64,000 nt of DNA from Lama guanicoe (Eukaryota), in assembly GCA_013239625.1 (NCBI GenBank), contig MU054323.1, positions 2,654,161-2,718,160 on the forward strand, in the 5' to 3' direction. The position numbers were made by a program, and so were the translations under genes. Position 1 is the first letter of the stretch; every line of letters begins with the position of its first letter. A model generated the notes under the pieces. It saw nothing but the letters and a program-made list of their open reading frames with translations, searched no databases and was not told the origin of the DNA. Shown here piece after piece: positions 22,792-35,080 of the stretch.

Positions 22792-24909
22792 GATGTAGTA
22801 TCATATGTAAATGTTCATTCACAATTTTATTTTAATTCCTCTGGTCAGCAGCACCCCACTTAAATTAATGCCTCCGTGACCAGCATTGTGTTCTGTGCAC
22901 AGGAAAAGCATAAGCACTGGGAGAGACAGCCGTGCCCTCTGCACACTTATTGTCACACATGCTAAGTAACTATACAAGCAATGCATCCTCCTTGTTACTG
23001 GCACCTCACTTGCAAACAGAGACTTCCAAGCAACTCAAACTCAACAGCCGTTGCCCATCCGACCTCTTTCACCTTCACAGTTGTCCAAGATCCCTTGGGC
23101 AGGACCCCATCATTGTCCCACCCCCTGCAGCAGAGCCCCACTAATTCTGCCCCCACTTCCCCTGCCCCTGTGCCAGATCTCCTTCCAACGGAGCAGGGGG
23201 CAGACATGTAGGATTTGAATCATCCCGAGGTGGGACTCGGAACATGTTCTTCCAGAGATGATGCAGTGAGCCCAGTGGTATTCACAGGGTCTACTCCCTC
23301 CAGGCTGCTCAAGATGCCCCTGTCTGTTCTTCGTTATCCCCCCCCAAAAAAAAGTGGGAAAAACAAATGAAGAAATGAACCGTCGGCTACATGTGATTGG
23401 GGAGGCTAGCCTAAGAACTAAACCCCGTATCACAGGCTACCCTGGGAACTATTGTTAAACCAGAAGAAGAAAGAAAGGAGGGTTTAAAAAATGACCCTAA
23501 AAAGTGAAAATATGTATGCACATATGTGTTTGTACATAAATACACAAGCATGAGTGGAAATGGGAAAGAAAACGTTCTAGGTTATTAACATCGGTTGGTA
23601 GGGGTCAAAGGGTGAAGGGCAGAGAGAATAAAGAAAAAGAGAGAGCCAAAGATAAAAAGAGAGAATTAAAAGAAAAAAACTAGTATTTAGAATAGAACCA
23701 CATCTAAGTAAAACTAGAAAAGTGGAATGAGAATTCCCTAGAACAAGCCAAATAAGACATTAGGTCTAACCCAAGTGAGGAGATGAGCTGAATGTTCCCA
23801 AACACACAAGCAGAGAAACGAGGCCTGAGGCCAGGAACCCAAAAGGCACCCTCACGGCAGCGATGCCCGGGCCTGAGTGCTCCCTAAGCCGTCCAGGGCC
23901 CCCACAGACCAGGCTTCCCACTAGCATGTCCAACTCCAGCCGAGGACGGGTCCAAATAAAACGGTTCACACAGCTATGCCTGCATCATATGAGCTGAACT
24001 AACATCAACAATTACATCAGGAAAAATGTGTTTACCTTGGTTTCCCGCCACAGAAAATGGGTCCAAAATGATGTTGAACACACGCCTTTCATTCCTGCTT
24101 CTATTAGAAGGACAAATAATTTAACAGGTGGAATTCAGAATTCCACAGTTCCTTTTTTTTCCCTTTTTCTTCTTTTACTGTGGAATACTAAACATTCCAC
24201 TTTTGGTCAGCAGAATCTGGAACCCTTCTTAGCAGACCTTGGTGAGTTCTATTTATTTTGCAAAAGCCCTCTAATGCTCACACGAGCAGTGAGTTGGAAA
24301 GGCCTGTGGAGTCCAATCAGACTGCACTTTTGCCTGTTATCAGTACAATATGTTGCTTCAACTGAGGGACCAAATTCTCTGACTAAGTCCTCCAAGAATT
24401 GATCCAGACAGCGAAAAGGGAGGAAATTCATTTGACTTTAACAAGGCAATTGGTCCAGACTTCATACAATATCATTTCAGTCTAGAATTTTCATCATCAC
24501 TGCCAAAAACATCAAACAGAAACATTACAGGACTTTCACTCCATTTTCATTCTCCAAAAAATAGCCATCCTGTTCCAGGCCTGAGCAGCAAGAAAGGAAT
24601 TAAAGGGAGAGGGGGTGGGGGATCGTCACATGAAACACTTAACTGTTTCTCACTGCCTGATTTCCAAGCTTCATGACAATTATTAATAAAAAGTCAATGA
24701 AGTTTTGAAATTAAGCACAATTGGAAGTTTCCCCATGTGTCAAAGACTCTCCTCCTCAAAGACTCTCCAACCGTATTCATCGGGTCATCACACTCACCTT
24801 TCCTCTTTTATTTATCTGTCCTGTGTAATCTCTAGTAGGTTACACGGGGAATTGAAGTGTTTATGCTAGATATTTATTGCGAAGTACCTCAATGATCTAT
24901 GTGAATTAG

Positions 24910-25260
24910 AGTGCATTAGTAGGGTAACTCTGCTACTGTGAGCAAGCCCCCAAATGTATAATGTGCCAAACACAATAAATAAATAACTTTCTCCCATAAA
25001 ATCCAAAATAGGTGGCACAGATTGGTGGCAGGCCTTCCACATGAGATCCAGGGACTCATGATCTTTGCTCATATGCACAGTTCTCTACTAGGACCATGGA
25101 AACTGTGTTGAGCCAGGAGACACAGGGTCAGAGAGCAGAAAAGCCAAATCCACTTCTTAGAAACCTAAGCCCAGAATGACACACGTGACTCCCATTCATT
25201 GCAAAGGCAGTCAGAATATTGCCTAGCAGTGTGTTCAGAGGAAAAGGAAACACCTCTCAT
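24910..25260 (-). mobile_element. Old MaLR (MLT1-type) LTR remnant
   Basis: Degenerate CTGCTACTGTGAGCAAGCCCCCAAAT...ATCCAGGGACTC...GCCCAGAATGACACAC pattern. Confidence 0.5.
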
Positions 25261-26059
25261 AAAAAGCTAGCCACTGTCGGACTGGAACTGGAGCCAACTG
25301 GAAAAATCCATACTTTCAATAATCCCTATCTTATTGTATATATTTGTATTTGTATTATATTGTATTAGGGTGTGTGTGTCCCAGACAACTGGACGACAAT
25401 GACCCAGCGGATTTCAGCACCTGACACTTGCCACAGATAAACATTCAGGGGATTCTGAAATGGTTCCCGACTGTAAAACTCAAGTCCAAAGTGATTCAGA
25501 CACACTTCTAATGATCCAAACTCAAAGGTAGACAGTTTGTCTAAGCAAGAATTTGGGGAGCAATACAAAACTCTGCCAAGCACTCTGCCTTCCCCGCAAA
25601 CACTGGCCAGACGGGATGCTCATGGCCTCCCAGAGGCTTTGCCTGGATGGGTACAATACCTACCATGTTCTAGCTTGTCACAGGCCACAAATATATCATT
25701 ATATCAATTATATCAATAATTCTCCTTTGATCTTCAAAAAAAGCTTTTATAATAATCAGAGCAGAGGTTACTGTTTTTTTTTTTCAATTCTCAAGATGGA
25801 AATTGAAAGCCAAGTGACCTAAAGGTAAGTAGAGCTGGGACTTAACTCAAAACTCAAAAGCCAACCACATCAGCACCCATGAGCTCCCTGGAAAGACTAT
25901 GACTCCAGTCATTTTCCCCAGCTACGCTGGCTTCTTTTTTCCACACTGATCACTTTCATTAGATCATTCCCAGTGCTTTTATTTAACAAAGGAAAAATCT
26001 ACCACATATTGTTCCTTGAGCATGATGGACTCTTACCCCCAAAAAACTCATAAACCCTA

Positions 26060-26227
26060 ACACTTTGTTGGTCAAAGTATGGTGTGTGGACCAGCAGCAT
26101 TGGAAGCCCCAGGGAGCTTGGGGCAGATTCTCAGGCCCGTTCTCTGACGCTCTGAAGCAGATTCTCTGTTTAAACCAGATCCCCACATGATGGTCTGGCA
26201 CACTAAGCTCTGAGCAGCACTGCTCTA
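26060..26227. mobile_element. MER5-type hAT DNA transposon
   Basis: TCAAAGTATGGT..GGACCAGCAGCAT...CAGATTCTCAGGCCC...CAGATCCCCA...TGAGCAGCACTG. Confidence 0.75.
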
Positions 26228-26269
26228 GGACAGCCTTTCACTTACTACCTTGGGTGCATAGTGGGAGGA

Positions 26270-27450
26270 AAAAGACCTAATATGAAAAGACTTCCTATAA
26301 ATCAGCAAGAAAAAGAAAAACAGGTAGCAAATAGACAAGATATAAGTTAATTCACAGATGAAAAGCAGATGAACAACAAACAAAAATACAATGCTCCTCT
26401 TCTTCAGCAATTTGGGAAATGCAAATTAAGACAACATGCTATCATTTTTCACCTCTCAGATTGGCAGAACTTGTAAAGTCTGATAACCTTCAAACTGAAA
26501 ACGCTTTGGAAAAAGGGCATGTTCTTATACTATGGGAGCTTAAATTGTTATACAGGCAGACCTTGTTTTATTGCATTTTGCTTTATACACTTTGCAAATA
26601 CTGCATTTTTTTATAAATTGAAGGTTTGTGGCAACCCTGCATAGTTGAGCAAGTCTTTAGGTGCCATTTTTTCAAACAGCATTTGCTCACTTCAGGTATG
26701 TCTCTGTGTCACGTTTTGGTAATTCTTGCAATATTTCAAACTTTTTCATTTTTATATTTGTTATGGTGATCTGGGATCAGTGATCTTTGATGTTATTATT
26801 GCAAAAAGATTATGCTTCACTGAAGGTTCAGATGATGGTTAGCATTTTTAAGCAATTAAGCATTTTTTAAGGAAGGTATGGATGTTGTTTATAGTGTAAA
26901 CATAACTTATGTGTACTGGGAAGTCAAAAAATTCCTGTGACTCACTTTATTGCAATATTTGCTTTATTGCAGTGGTCCGGAACCAAATCTGCAATATCTC
27001 CAAGGATACTGGTAATCTCTCTCTCTCTTTTTTTTTTTAGATTCAAAGATTTTAACCAAAAAATTCCAGTCTATAGAAATACATGTTAAAGTGCATCAAA
27101 GACAAATGTAAAAAGATCTTCATTACTCCGTTTGAATTGTGAAATATGAAGGGAATATATCTATCTGTCTATAAGGAAATAGTTCAATAAACTAAAGGTA
27201 TCCATACCAGGGAACTATGCAATAATTTAAAAAGAGGTCAGTGTCATCGAAAACAAAATATTCATGACACATTGTGAATGCCTGAACAAGTCTCAGAATA
27301 GTACGTACTGTGTGATCTCAGGCCAGTGTTTTACAGCTATGTAGGACTGAGGTGTATATATTTGTTAAAACTCATGAAACACTGAACTTAAAATTGGTAC
27401 ATTTTATTGTATAGAAGTTATCCCTCAACAAAATTTATTAAAAGGACCAT
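26270..27450 (+). mobile_element. Old L1 (L1ME-like) 3' region, interrupted by a Tigger element
   Basis: GGGAAATGCAAATTAAGACAACA..TATCATTTTTCACCT..CAGATTGGCA (MQIKTT.YH motif) before the Tigger; L1 3' UTR-like sequence after it. Confidence 0.65.
26553..27012 (+). mobile_element. Tigger1 internal-deletion derivative (~460 bp, TcMar)
   Basis: TA|CAGGCAGACCTTGTTTTATTGC...AAATTGAAGGTTTGTGGCAACCCTGC at the left end, GGAACCAAATCTGCAATATCTCCAAGG... at the right end followed by TA; no transposase. Confidence 0.88.
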
Positions 27451-28399
27451 ATATGTATAGATAGTGGATGTTACGCATGTATTTTCAGTCCAACAAAATG
27501 GTCGGTAAGATACACTTTCTGTAGTGTTAGTATTTTTTCAACCAGCGTGTACATTCTTGTATTTTAGAAAACACAAGTTAAAAACCTAAGGGAAACAAAT
27601 GGAGTCATTTGCAGCGAGCCTGAATCAATGTGGAAACAAAAATCCAGCCTGTCCTCATTAGCTGCTTCCATTGGCTGCGTTCAGTCGTTTGATACCTGGT
27701 GGGAGCGGCGGGGTTTGAAAGAGTTTTCAACATCACACACACTATTGCCAGACTGAGTCTGTATAAACACCGGTTTATTCCTCCATACGTGACTATTGAG
27801 CATACTCAAACACCAGGCCCTAAGCTAAACATTTTATAATAATTTGATACAAAAAAGAAGACACAGTTCCAGCCTCCAGTCCTATCACTCTTCCACTGAA
27901 AAAGCTTAAAGCATCCCATACCAGATAGTGTAACACGTCTAAGGTTGTTAACTGCTCTTGCTGCTTCACCCGATGAACACTATTTATCATTATTTTCCTT
28001 TATTTCCTGTCTGCTCTGGTCAGAGTAGTCTTTGTGCTGCCCTACAAACATCCCAGCCTTTGCTTCCGCTGCCCCTCTCACCTGGAATCCCTGACTGCCC
28101 CGGTAGTGTACACTCTCACCCACCCAACAAGATCCATCTCCATCTTGTCCAAGAAGCTCTTGTAAGCTGAGAAACCCTCAGTCACATCCCCTCCCCACAT
28201 CCTGCTGTGTTTGTTGGATAATCTTGTCTCTGCACAGAGAAAGGTGACCATGTCACCCTCTTTCCCACCCCTTCTATTGTCTTATACAGTGTCAAGTACA
28301 TAGGAATAATTAACTGACAACTATCAATGACTTGTCACTTTATACTTTTTTAAATGTTGGACAAAGGAGAGGAAATTAATAGGAAACAAGTGCTTTTCC

Positions 28400-28570
28400 A
28401 AAAGCCTAATGAGGTAGGAATTTCCCCATTTTATAGATGGATAAACTGAAGCTTAGTGAGGTGGGGTGATTTGGTCAGGCTTATACAGCTCATAAACTAT
28501 CGGGCCAGTCTTCAAACCTCCTCCTGAATGTCTCAGAAGCCCCTGTCTTTGCTCCGCACCAGGCTGCCCT
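28400..28570 (-). mobile_element. MIR SINE
   Basis: CCCCATTTTATAGATGGATAAACTGAAGCTTAG core. Confidence 0.75.
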
Positions 28571-29039
28571 CCTAACTTGTCACTTAGGCGATCTCATCGA
28601 ATTCTCACATTGCTGTCTCAGAAAATCCTTCTTGATTGACTAATGACGTGCTCAGTAGCACGGTGGTCCTTTCCAAGGGTTTCCCGCAGCTGAATTTGAT
28701 GAGAAGCCCTGGATGTGCTCAGAGAGGTTTAGCCTGCTTTGGTCTCAAGACCTGTGTAACACACAACGTGAAGTTTTATGTATTTACAGAGGTTAAAAGT
28801 AACATCTGAGATGACAGCATTCAGACTCAAGCCCTGGCATCTGCAGCCAGAGTTCAGCGCTGGGGAGCCCCCAGCACTCTGCTTCCCAAAGTCCTCCCGG
28901 GGGTCTCTTGGCCACGTGTGGCTTGAGCTGTCTTGGACAAGCTGCTTTGACTTTGCCTCCTGAGACTTGGACTCTTGGCACACCAACACTGAACGCTTGG
29001 CTCCCCAGGAGCCCGGGCACAGGGATGGTGCACGGCCAG

Positions 29040-29200
29040 AACCAGGCACTCCAGAGTTAACAGATCTCCATTAACCTGGGGAAAATACTCAACATTTCTG
29101 AGCCTGTTCATTCAGATCTACTATGGGAATTACAGTACCTTTCCCGCCTATCCTTCAGGAGATTAAGAGAATCAGAGAGATCCTGTTTATGAAAAAACGC
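29040..29200 (+). mobile_element. MIR SINE
   Basis: CTCAACATTTCTGAGCCTGTT...GAGATTAAGAGAAT. Confidence 0.55.
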
Positions 29201-30329
29201 TATATGCCACAAATCCCTGCCTGCACTATGTTACCATACGCAGCTGCCATGGTCAAAGCACCGAGAAAAAGTCAGGAGACCTGGGGTCCATTCCTGGCTG
29301 AGTTGTAATAGCCCAGAGGCTCTGGACTCACCAAAACTGTGGGTCAGAAAGCTAGATTTCCAAGCATACACTTACTTGCAGAATGCTCTGGAGGAGAAAC
29401 TTAACAAGCTGGGACCTACACGGATAAGCCACGCTGTCTCGGATTAACTTCAGCAGCAACATCCTGGGATTGTGGGACTCCAGACAGAACACTGACCTTT
29501 GGTGACTCACTCACTCTTGGTGCCCAAAGCATCTCTTTTGCATCACTTTTTATTATTTTCAATTCTCTTGTTATTTTTAACCATTCTAGCTTAAGTGCAT
29601 TTTAATCCTGTAAGCCGCCTCAAATCCATTTTTGAATCACGACATCTATAAAACATCAATTAACAAACAACTTGTTTTGATCTTAGTAAGTCGTAGAATT
29701 TCAAAACTGGAAAAGAACTCAGAAATCAAGTTCAGCCTCATAGGTGCCATAACAAGATAGAGACCCAGAAAGAGAAAGGAACATGCCCAAAGTCACATAT
29801 CTCGTTGAAGGCAGGGTCAGGAAGGGACCAGGGGCTCACAGTCCACTGCTGTCCACATCACTGTATAATAGCAGCCTAGCTCGCTCTCTCCAGCTGTAAA
29901 ATGGAAATGGTAACACTGTGGTCTTGCAACATTATACATCAGTGCTGTGTAAGAAAAACCTTTGCTGTAATTATTACTGGTGGTTTACCAAAACTTTAAT
30001 GATAACAAAACAATGTTCTCCCTGAAAACTCCTGAAAGATTCCTGGGAACCTAAGAACACGGAGTAACCTTGACTTGGGCCACTGAACCAGGACATTTAG
30101 AACTGGGCTGCGCAGACATGCAGTTTGTATGCTGCATAAAGCTTCCCAGTTCAGGGGCCAGAGAAAGCCTGTACAGACCAGCTGTAAACCAGCTTGGAAG
30201 CCTTTTAGGCGTAGACTGCTGTGGCGTAGAGAATACTCAGACACAGATAACTCAAAAACTTACTCCTGTTGTTTTTTGAAGCAGACTTGAGGCACTGGAG
30301 GGGCCTCAGGAAACAACATTACGTCCCAC

Positions 30330-30595
30330 TGACGCAGCAGTGGTAATGCTGAGAAAGGGGTGCTCCAGAGCTCGCAGGCCAAGAACCTGGGCTGAGTCGG
30401 ATTCTGTGTGTCCCCTTCCTAACCCTGCCATCATGAGCAGATCACATGACCTCTTTATTCAGACTCCTCATCTAAAAACAGGAATAAAAGTAAGATCTAC
30501 CTCATCAGGGATTCATAAAAACTAAAGTAGTTAATAATGTAAATTGTTTAAAACAATGACTAGTGTGTGCTAAGTGCCCACTAAATGCCAGCTCT
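30330..30595 (+). mobile_element. MIR SINE
   Basis: CTCCTCATCTAAAAACAGGAATAA..ATCTACCTCATCAGG...TAAGTGCCCACTAAATG. Confidence 0.7.
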
Positions 30596-32999
30596 TACTT
30601 CATCGTCGCAAGCAAAGAATGCTAGTTTGGTGGCAGGAGCAAGACTAACCAGACACCAACCTCAGGCCCACATGTCCCACGCTCTTCACAAGTTCATATT
30701 TTAAGGGTTTAAATAAATGTTCTTTTCCAATACCAATTTCTAAACTGTTTGAGAGAAGCTTTCTGTTCTTTTTGAGTTTTCACAGAGAAGGATACAGGTG
30801 AAGGAAAGCTTCAGGAGCCTACGAGAATAGCACACAAGTAACTGCTTTGGCTGCCTGCATTAGAGAAGCCTCGCCGTCAAGCCAGCAGAAACATCCCAGG
30901 AAGAGCAGGGTGAACACCAAGAGGACACTGCGGATGCTTGGCAGTGGGCAGCCAGCTTCTCAGCCATGCCTGACCCCACCCCCAACTGTATCACTGGCTC
31001 TGTCTCCACCTTCATGATGGGACCCTGAATAACTCCCAGCCCTCGGGGGTCCTGAGTTTCTCCATCTATGAGAAGAGACAGTGCTTTAAATAACCCCTCT
31101 ATATCTTACAGCTTAACTTAAAAAAAATTATACTACTTGCTAGCCTCTCTCTCCAATGTGAAAAAATCCTCACCATTGCTAGAGGAAGTCATGCACAGCA
31201 ATGCAGAAATGTTAAGCAGTTGGTGCAAAATATCCAGTAACTGCATCAAAATCATTTACTATAAAATGACAGAGACCCAAAGCAGACTTGTATAGTAGGA
31301 GAAATGGAATCTTTCAAATTCTCCGTCAGTCCTTTGGAGCTGGCCAAGCAGGTCCACCCAGGCCATGGGTGAGCTGAGTAGAAACATTCTAGCCAGACCT
31401 TTCCCCAGCTCTCCATTCCCCTCCCCCCAGTTTTGCATCACAGAAATCACTCATAGTGCCCCAGTTAGAGAATCGAGGTTCTGTTTCTGCGGGTCTCTAC
31501 AGATAACCGAGGACTGGCCGATCAGTTAACGGGTTTCGAAGAAACACGGCTGTTACAAAAGGCACGTATGGCCTGACCCTGGTGCTCTCCGCAGGAGTAT
31601 GTGCAACCACCTTTCTAAGAGTAGCAAAGATGTCAAATGCTTCCTCTCTTAGCTCATCACTACTTGGCAATTTAGGAGGAGTCAGAGATCATAAATGGCC
31701 TCGTGAGATCTTCAGAAAATCTCTTCTCGAAGGAAAAATGAAAGTGGCAACAGCAGCCAAGGTGAAGGATTGTGGAAATGAGCTTGACTGGGATGCATGC
31801 TAGGAAGCCACGTTAACCCAGCACATCACATATTTAATGGGGTGGCAGAGCAACCAAGGGGGCGTCAAACCTTAGAACATGCCAAGGGCCCAAAGCAGAC
31901 ATGTGTCCTACCTCCAAGGTCATAGAGACATCTGGGTCTGTGGCAGAAACTCGGAGTTGACTGTCCCTTCTTGCTAGTCTCGAGCTTCTCTGAGCTGGCC
32001 ACTGCCTCTTTCTGCTTCTCTTCTTTGCAGAATCCAGGAGAGGCATAGACACTTATTCTGTCATTCCCAAATATGTGGGAAACATGTTCTGTTTCCCACC
32101 CTGAAGACTTTGCAGCAAAGAGGACGAACTCCTGCCTTCCCATCCACAGAAGCCTCAGGAGAGCTGACCGAGTCTCTTCGGGCATCTCTCAGAGTCTATG
32201 ATACAGGCTGCTGCTAATTCTGTCTTCAGATGTCTACAATCATTGCTGCTTATTTGTCCTTTGAACAAATATTTATTGTGTCTATTTTATGATGGCTATA
32301 TGTATAAACACTGTGGATAGAGTAGTTAAGAACTTAATTTAAATTCAAGGTTAAATTTTAAAGTAGGCAAATAATTTCAGAGAGTGAGAACTGCTCTCAG
32401 GAAAAGAAAGCAGTGGAGCAGACCAGAAGGTGGCTGAGGGCAGGCCCAGAGTGCTATTTCAGAAAAGCCAATCATGAAAGACGCTGAGAAGAAACCTGTC
32501 CGATTCTAAGTGTCAGACGTTCCTCCACGTTGGGGGTCTCATCAGCATGCTCTCCGCTCCCAGCCAGCCCTCCTGCCTCACCCACAGACCACACACTTGG
32601 GTCCCGCCCCAGCATGAGCATCCGGAGCCCGCGAGGTGTCTCCGCATTTCCCTACCTTTGTGCAGACAGAGTCACCTCTTGAGGTTGCCCTCCCATGTCC
32701 ATCCGTGTTTCCCCAGTTCCTCCCTTCCAGCCTCAGGTCAAACGTCTCTTCACGTCAGCTCCTCCTGATCCATTACCACTGCCCTCACTGCACTTTTCTC
32801 TCAGCCTTCTCTGAACTCTGCACAGATACCTATTAAGTCACTTGTAACACATTGTCACATTTCTCACATTGTATTAGAATTATTGCTTTGATTACCTGTC
32901 TTCTTATTAAGCTGCAAGCCCCACATCACATGCCCAGCATCCCTCACCACACTTGGCCCACAAAACACTACAGCAAAGCAAATAAGCCTCCCAAGGCCT

Positions 33000-33150
33000 A
33001 CGTGAGTCTAGAACGGTACCTATCCTGACTTCACAAACGAGGAAACAGAGGCTCAGAGAGGTGAACACCCTGACTCACGTAAGGTCACGCAGCCAGTAAA
33101 TGGGTGAAGCTGGAATTTAAAACTGGGTGTTCTGAAGCCAAATCCTACAC
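33000..33150 (-). mobile_element. MIR SINE
   Basis: GAGGAAACAGAGGCTCAGAGAGGTGAA...AAGGTCACGCAGCCAGTAAATGG. Confidence 0.8.
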
Positions 33151-34194
33151 ATAGAGGGTTAGCATCCAGCTCATTAGGGTAAAAGGAGGAAATCTGGGCC
33201 TGAAATAGCAGAGCCACTGGCAGCCCCTGCACAGGTGTCACTTTGAGCCTCCACAGAGCTCTGCCTGAACCCCATTCCCCGCTGGCCAGAAACTGAAGCT
33301 TATCTGTGGTATTTAAAGGTCCAAGAAATTGGGCAAAGTTTCATGGTGGGGATGGAAAATGTCGTCTGCTTCTGTCAAATTTCAAACTCTTGAAGTTGTC
33401 TTATTTTTTTTCAATGTCCTTCACGCTAAAAATATTCTCCACATTCCCCCTCCAAGAAATTCCCTTTTGTCATTTAAATGGTCAAAGAAAACAGTGAAGA
33501 GATCAAAACGAAAACGTGACAATTCCGGACAGGTGAGCAGACCAGAACAGCCCCTGTGTCTGGATGCACTGAGAAGTCCCTCAGCCCAGCAGCAGGGCAC
33601 CTGGCTGAAGCAGCTGCGTTTATTTTAAAATCTTTCCTGCCACTGCAGGGAAGGTGGCCTCGAGGTGAACACTCTATCTCTGGAAAATCTGGGGGCCTAT
33701 GGGGATTTCAGTTGCCAGTCCCAGGCCCGCTTTGTGTGAGGCAGAAACCACCTCCCTTATTTCACATCTTTACCACCTGCAGACCCAGTTTCCCCCAAAA
33801 TCTTCCCCGACAACTTCTGTCTCCATTGAGCCATCTGTCATTTGCCACATGCATTGTTGTTTCTTGTATCTTCTCCAGACTGATCCATTCCAGTGCACAC
33901 CCCTGCCTCACACCTGTGCACACCCCACAGTGTTTGCATGAAAGGGCGTCCTGGTCTATACACAGTAGGTGATTAATAAGTGAGGTCAGTGAGGTCATCC
34001 TCCCTGCCTGCACCCACACAACACAAGCTGCTCTAATCCCAAGAAGATCAACTGACCAGATGCAGGGCTTTCAACATCCTAATGTCACATTCTAAGGGAA
34101 GAGAATACATACTTTCCCAAAACTCCTGTCTGGGTCAGGAGGGAGGGAGAGCTTGGCTATTTGGAACATGAGCCCCCACAGCATTCCCTGCACC

Positions 34195-34218
34195 CGCGCG
34201 TGTGTGTGTGTGTGTGTG
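34195..34218. repeat. (CG)3(TG)9 microsatellite
   Basis: Read directly. Confidence 0.95.
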
Positions 34219-34942
34219 AGTGATAACGCTGACTCAAGCCACAGCCTTCACTTCTGACCCCCCCTTTCATCCAGTGCATGGTATAGACTCAGCTATGGTG
34301 GAATGGGAAGGGCTCGGCTGGGCCCCATGAGAACTGGGCCCCATTCCCCCACCCCTAGGTAACTGGGTAGAAGACAAGGAAGGATGGTACTTTCAGGAGC
34401 ACCACTTTGTTCAAATTAAAAATTGCCCTATAATTTGGAAGTCACTCTCCTGAAGCTTGGCCTGTATATCAGGCAGTGTCTGTCCAAAAGGGAAAGAACA
34501 ATTGAACAATGAATGAGGCAACCACACTGTAAGCGCTCACCCATGAGACAAGCATAGAGTCTTTCAAGAAATGATATACCCTACACGGGGGCCCTGGAGG
34601 TCTCCAGTGGGTCCTAACCACGTCAACTGTGACAGCAAATGCAGAATGAAGAGGTCCAGGGCTGTAATTAGACTATGAGGCTGGACTTCACTTCATCCCT
34701 ACATAACATGCCGAAGAAGATCACAGGCAGGTCAGGGAAGAAGAGGGGAAAGAGTTCACACACCCGTGTCAACCAAAGTGGCCTGGCGTCCATTGTCCCT
34801 TCTCATTCTCCCGGGTGGATTAACAAAGGACCGTGAACATAAAAGTCAAGAAGCCCAGGCCTCCTGATACTGAGATAATCCCACCTCTCCCATTGTCTTT
34901 CGAGGGTGCACAGAGACCTGAATCTCCTGGCAGGGATGCATC

Positions 34943-35080
34943 GCCCTGGTTTGGCCATGCTTTCTCGGGGACTTCCTGCCCAGCTAGGACTGCCTGCTGA
35001 GTCTCAGCTCAGCCCTGGTTTGGCCATGCTTTCTCAGGGACTTCCTGCCCAGCTAGGACTGCCTGCTGAGTCTCAGCTCA
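34943..35080. repeat. 69-bp direct tandem duplication, 2 copies
   Basis: 34943-35011 and 35012-35080 identical except G34967/A35036. Confidence 0.97.
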
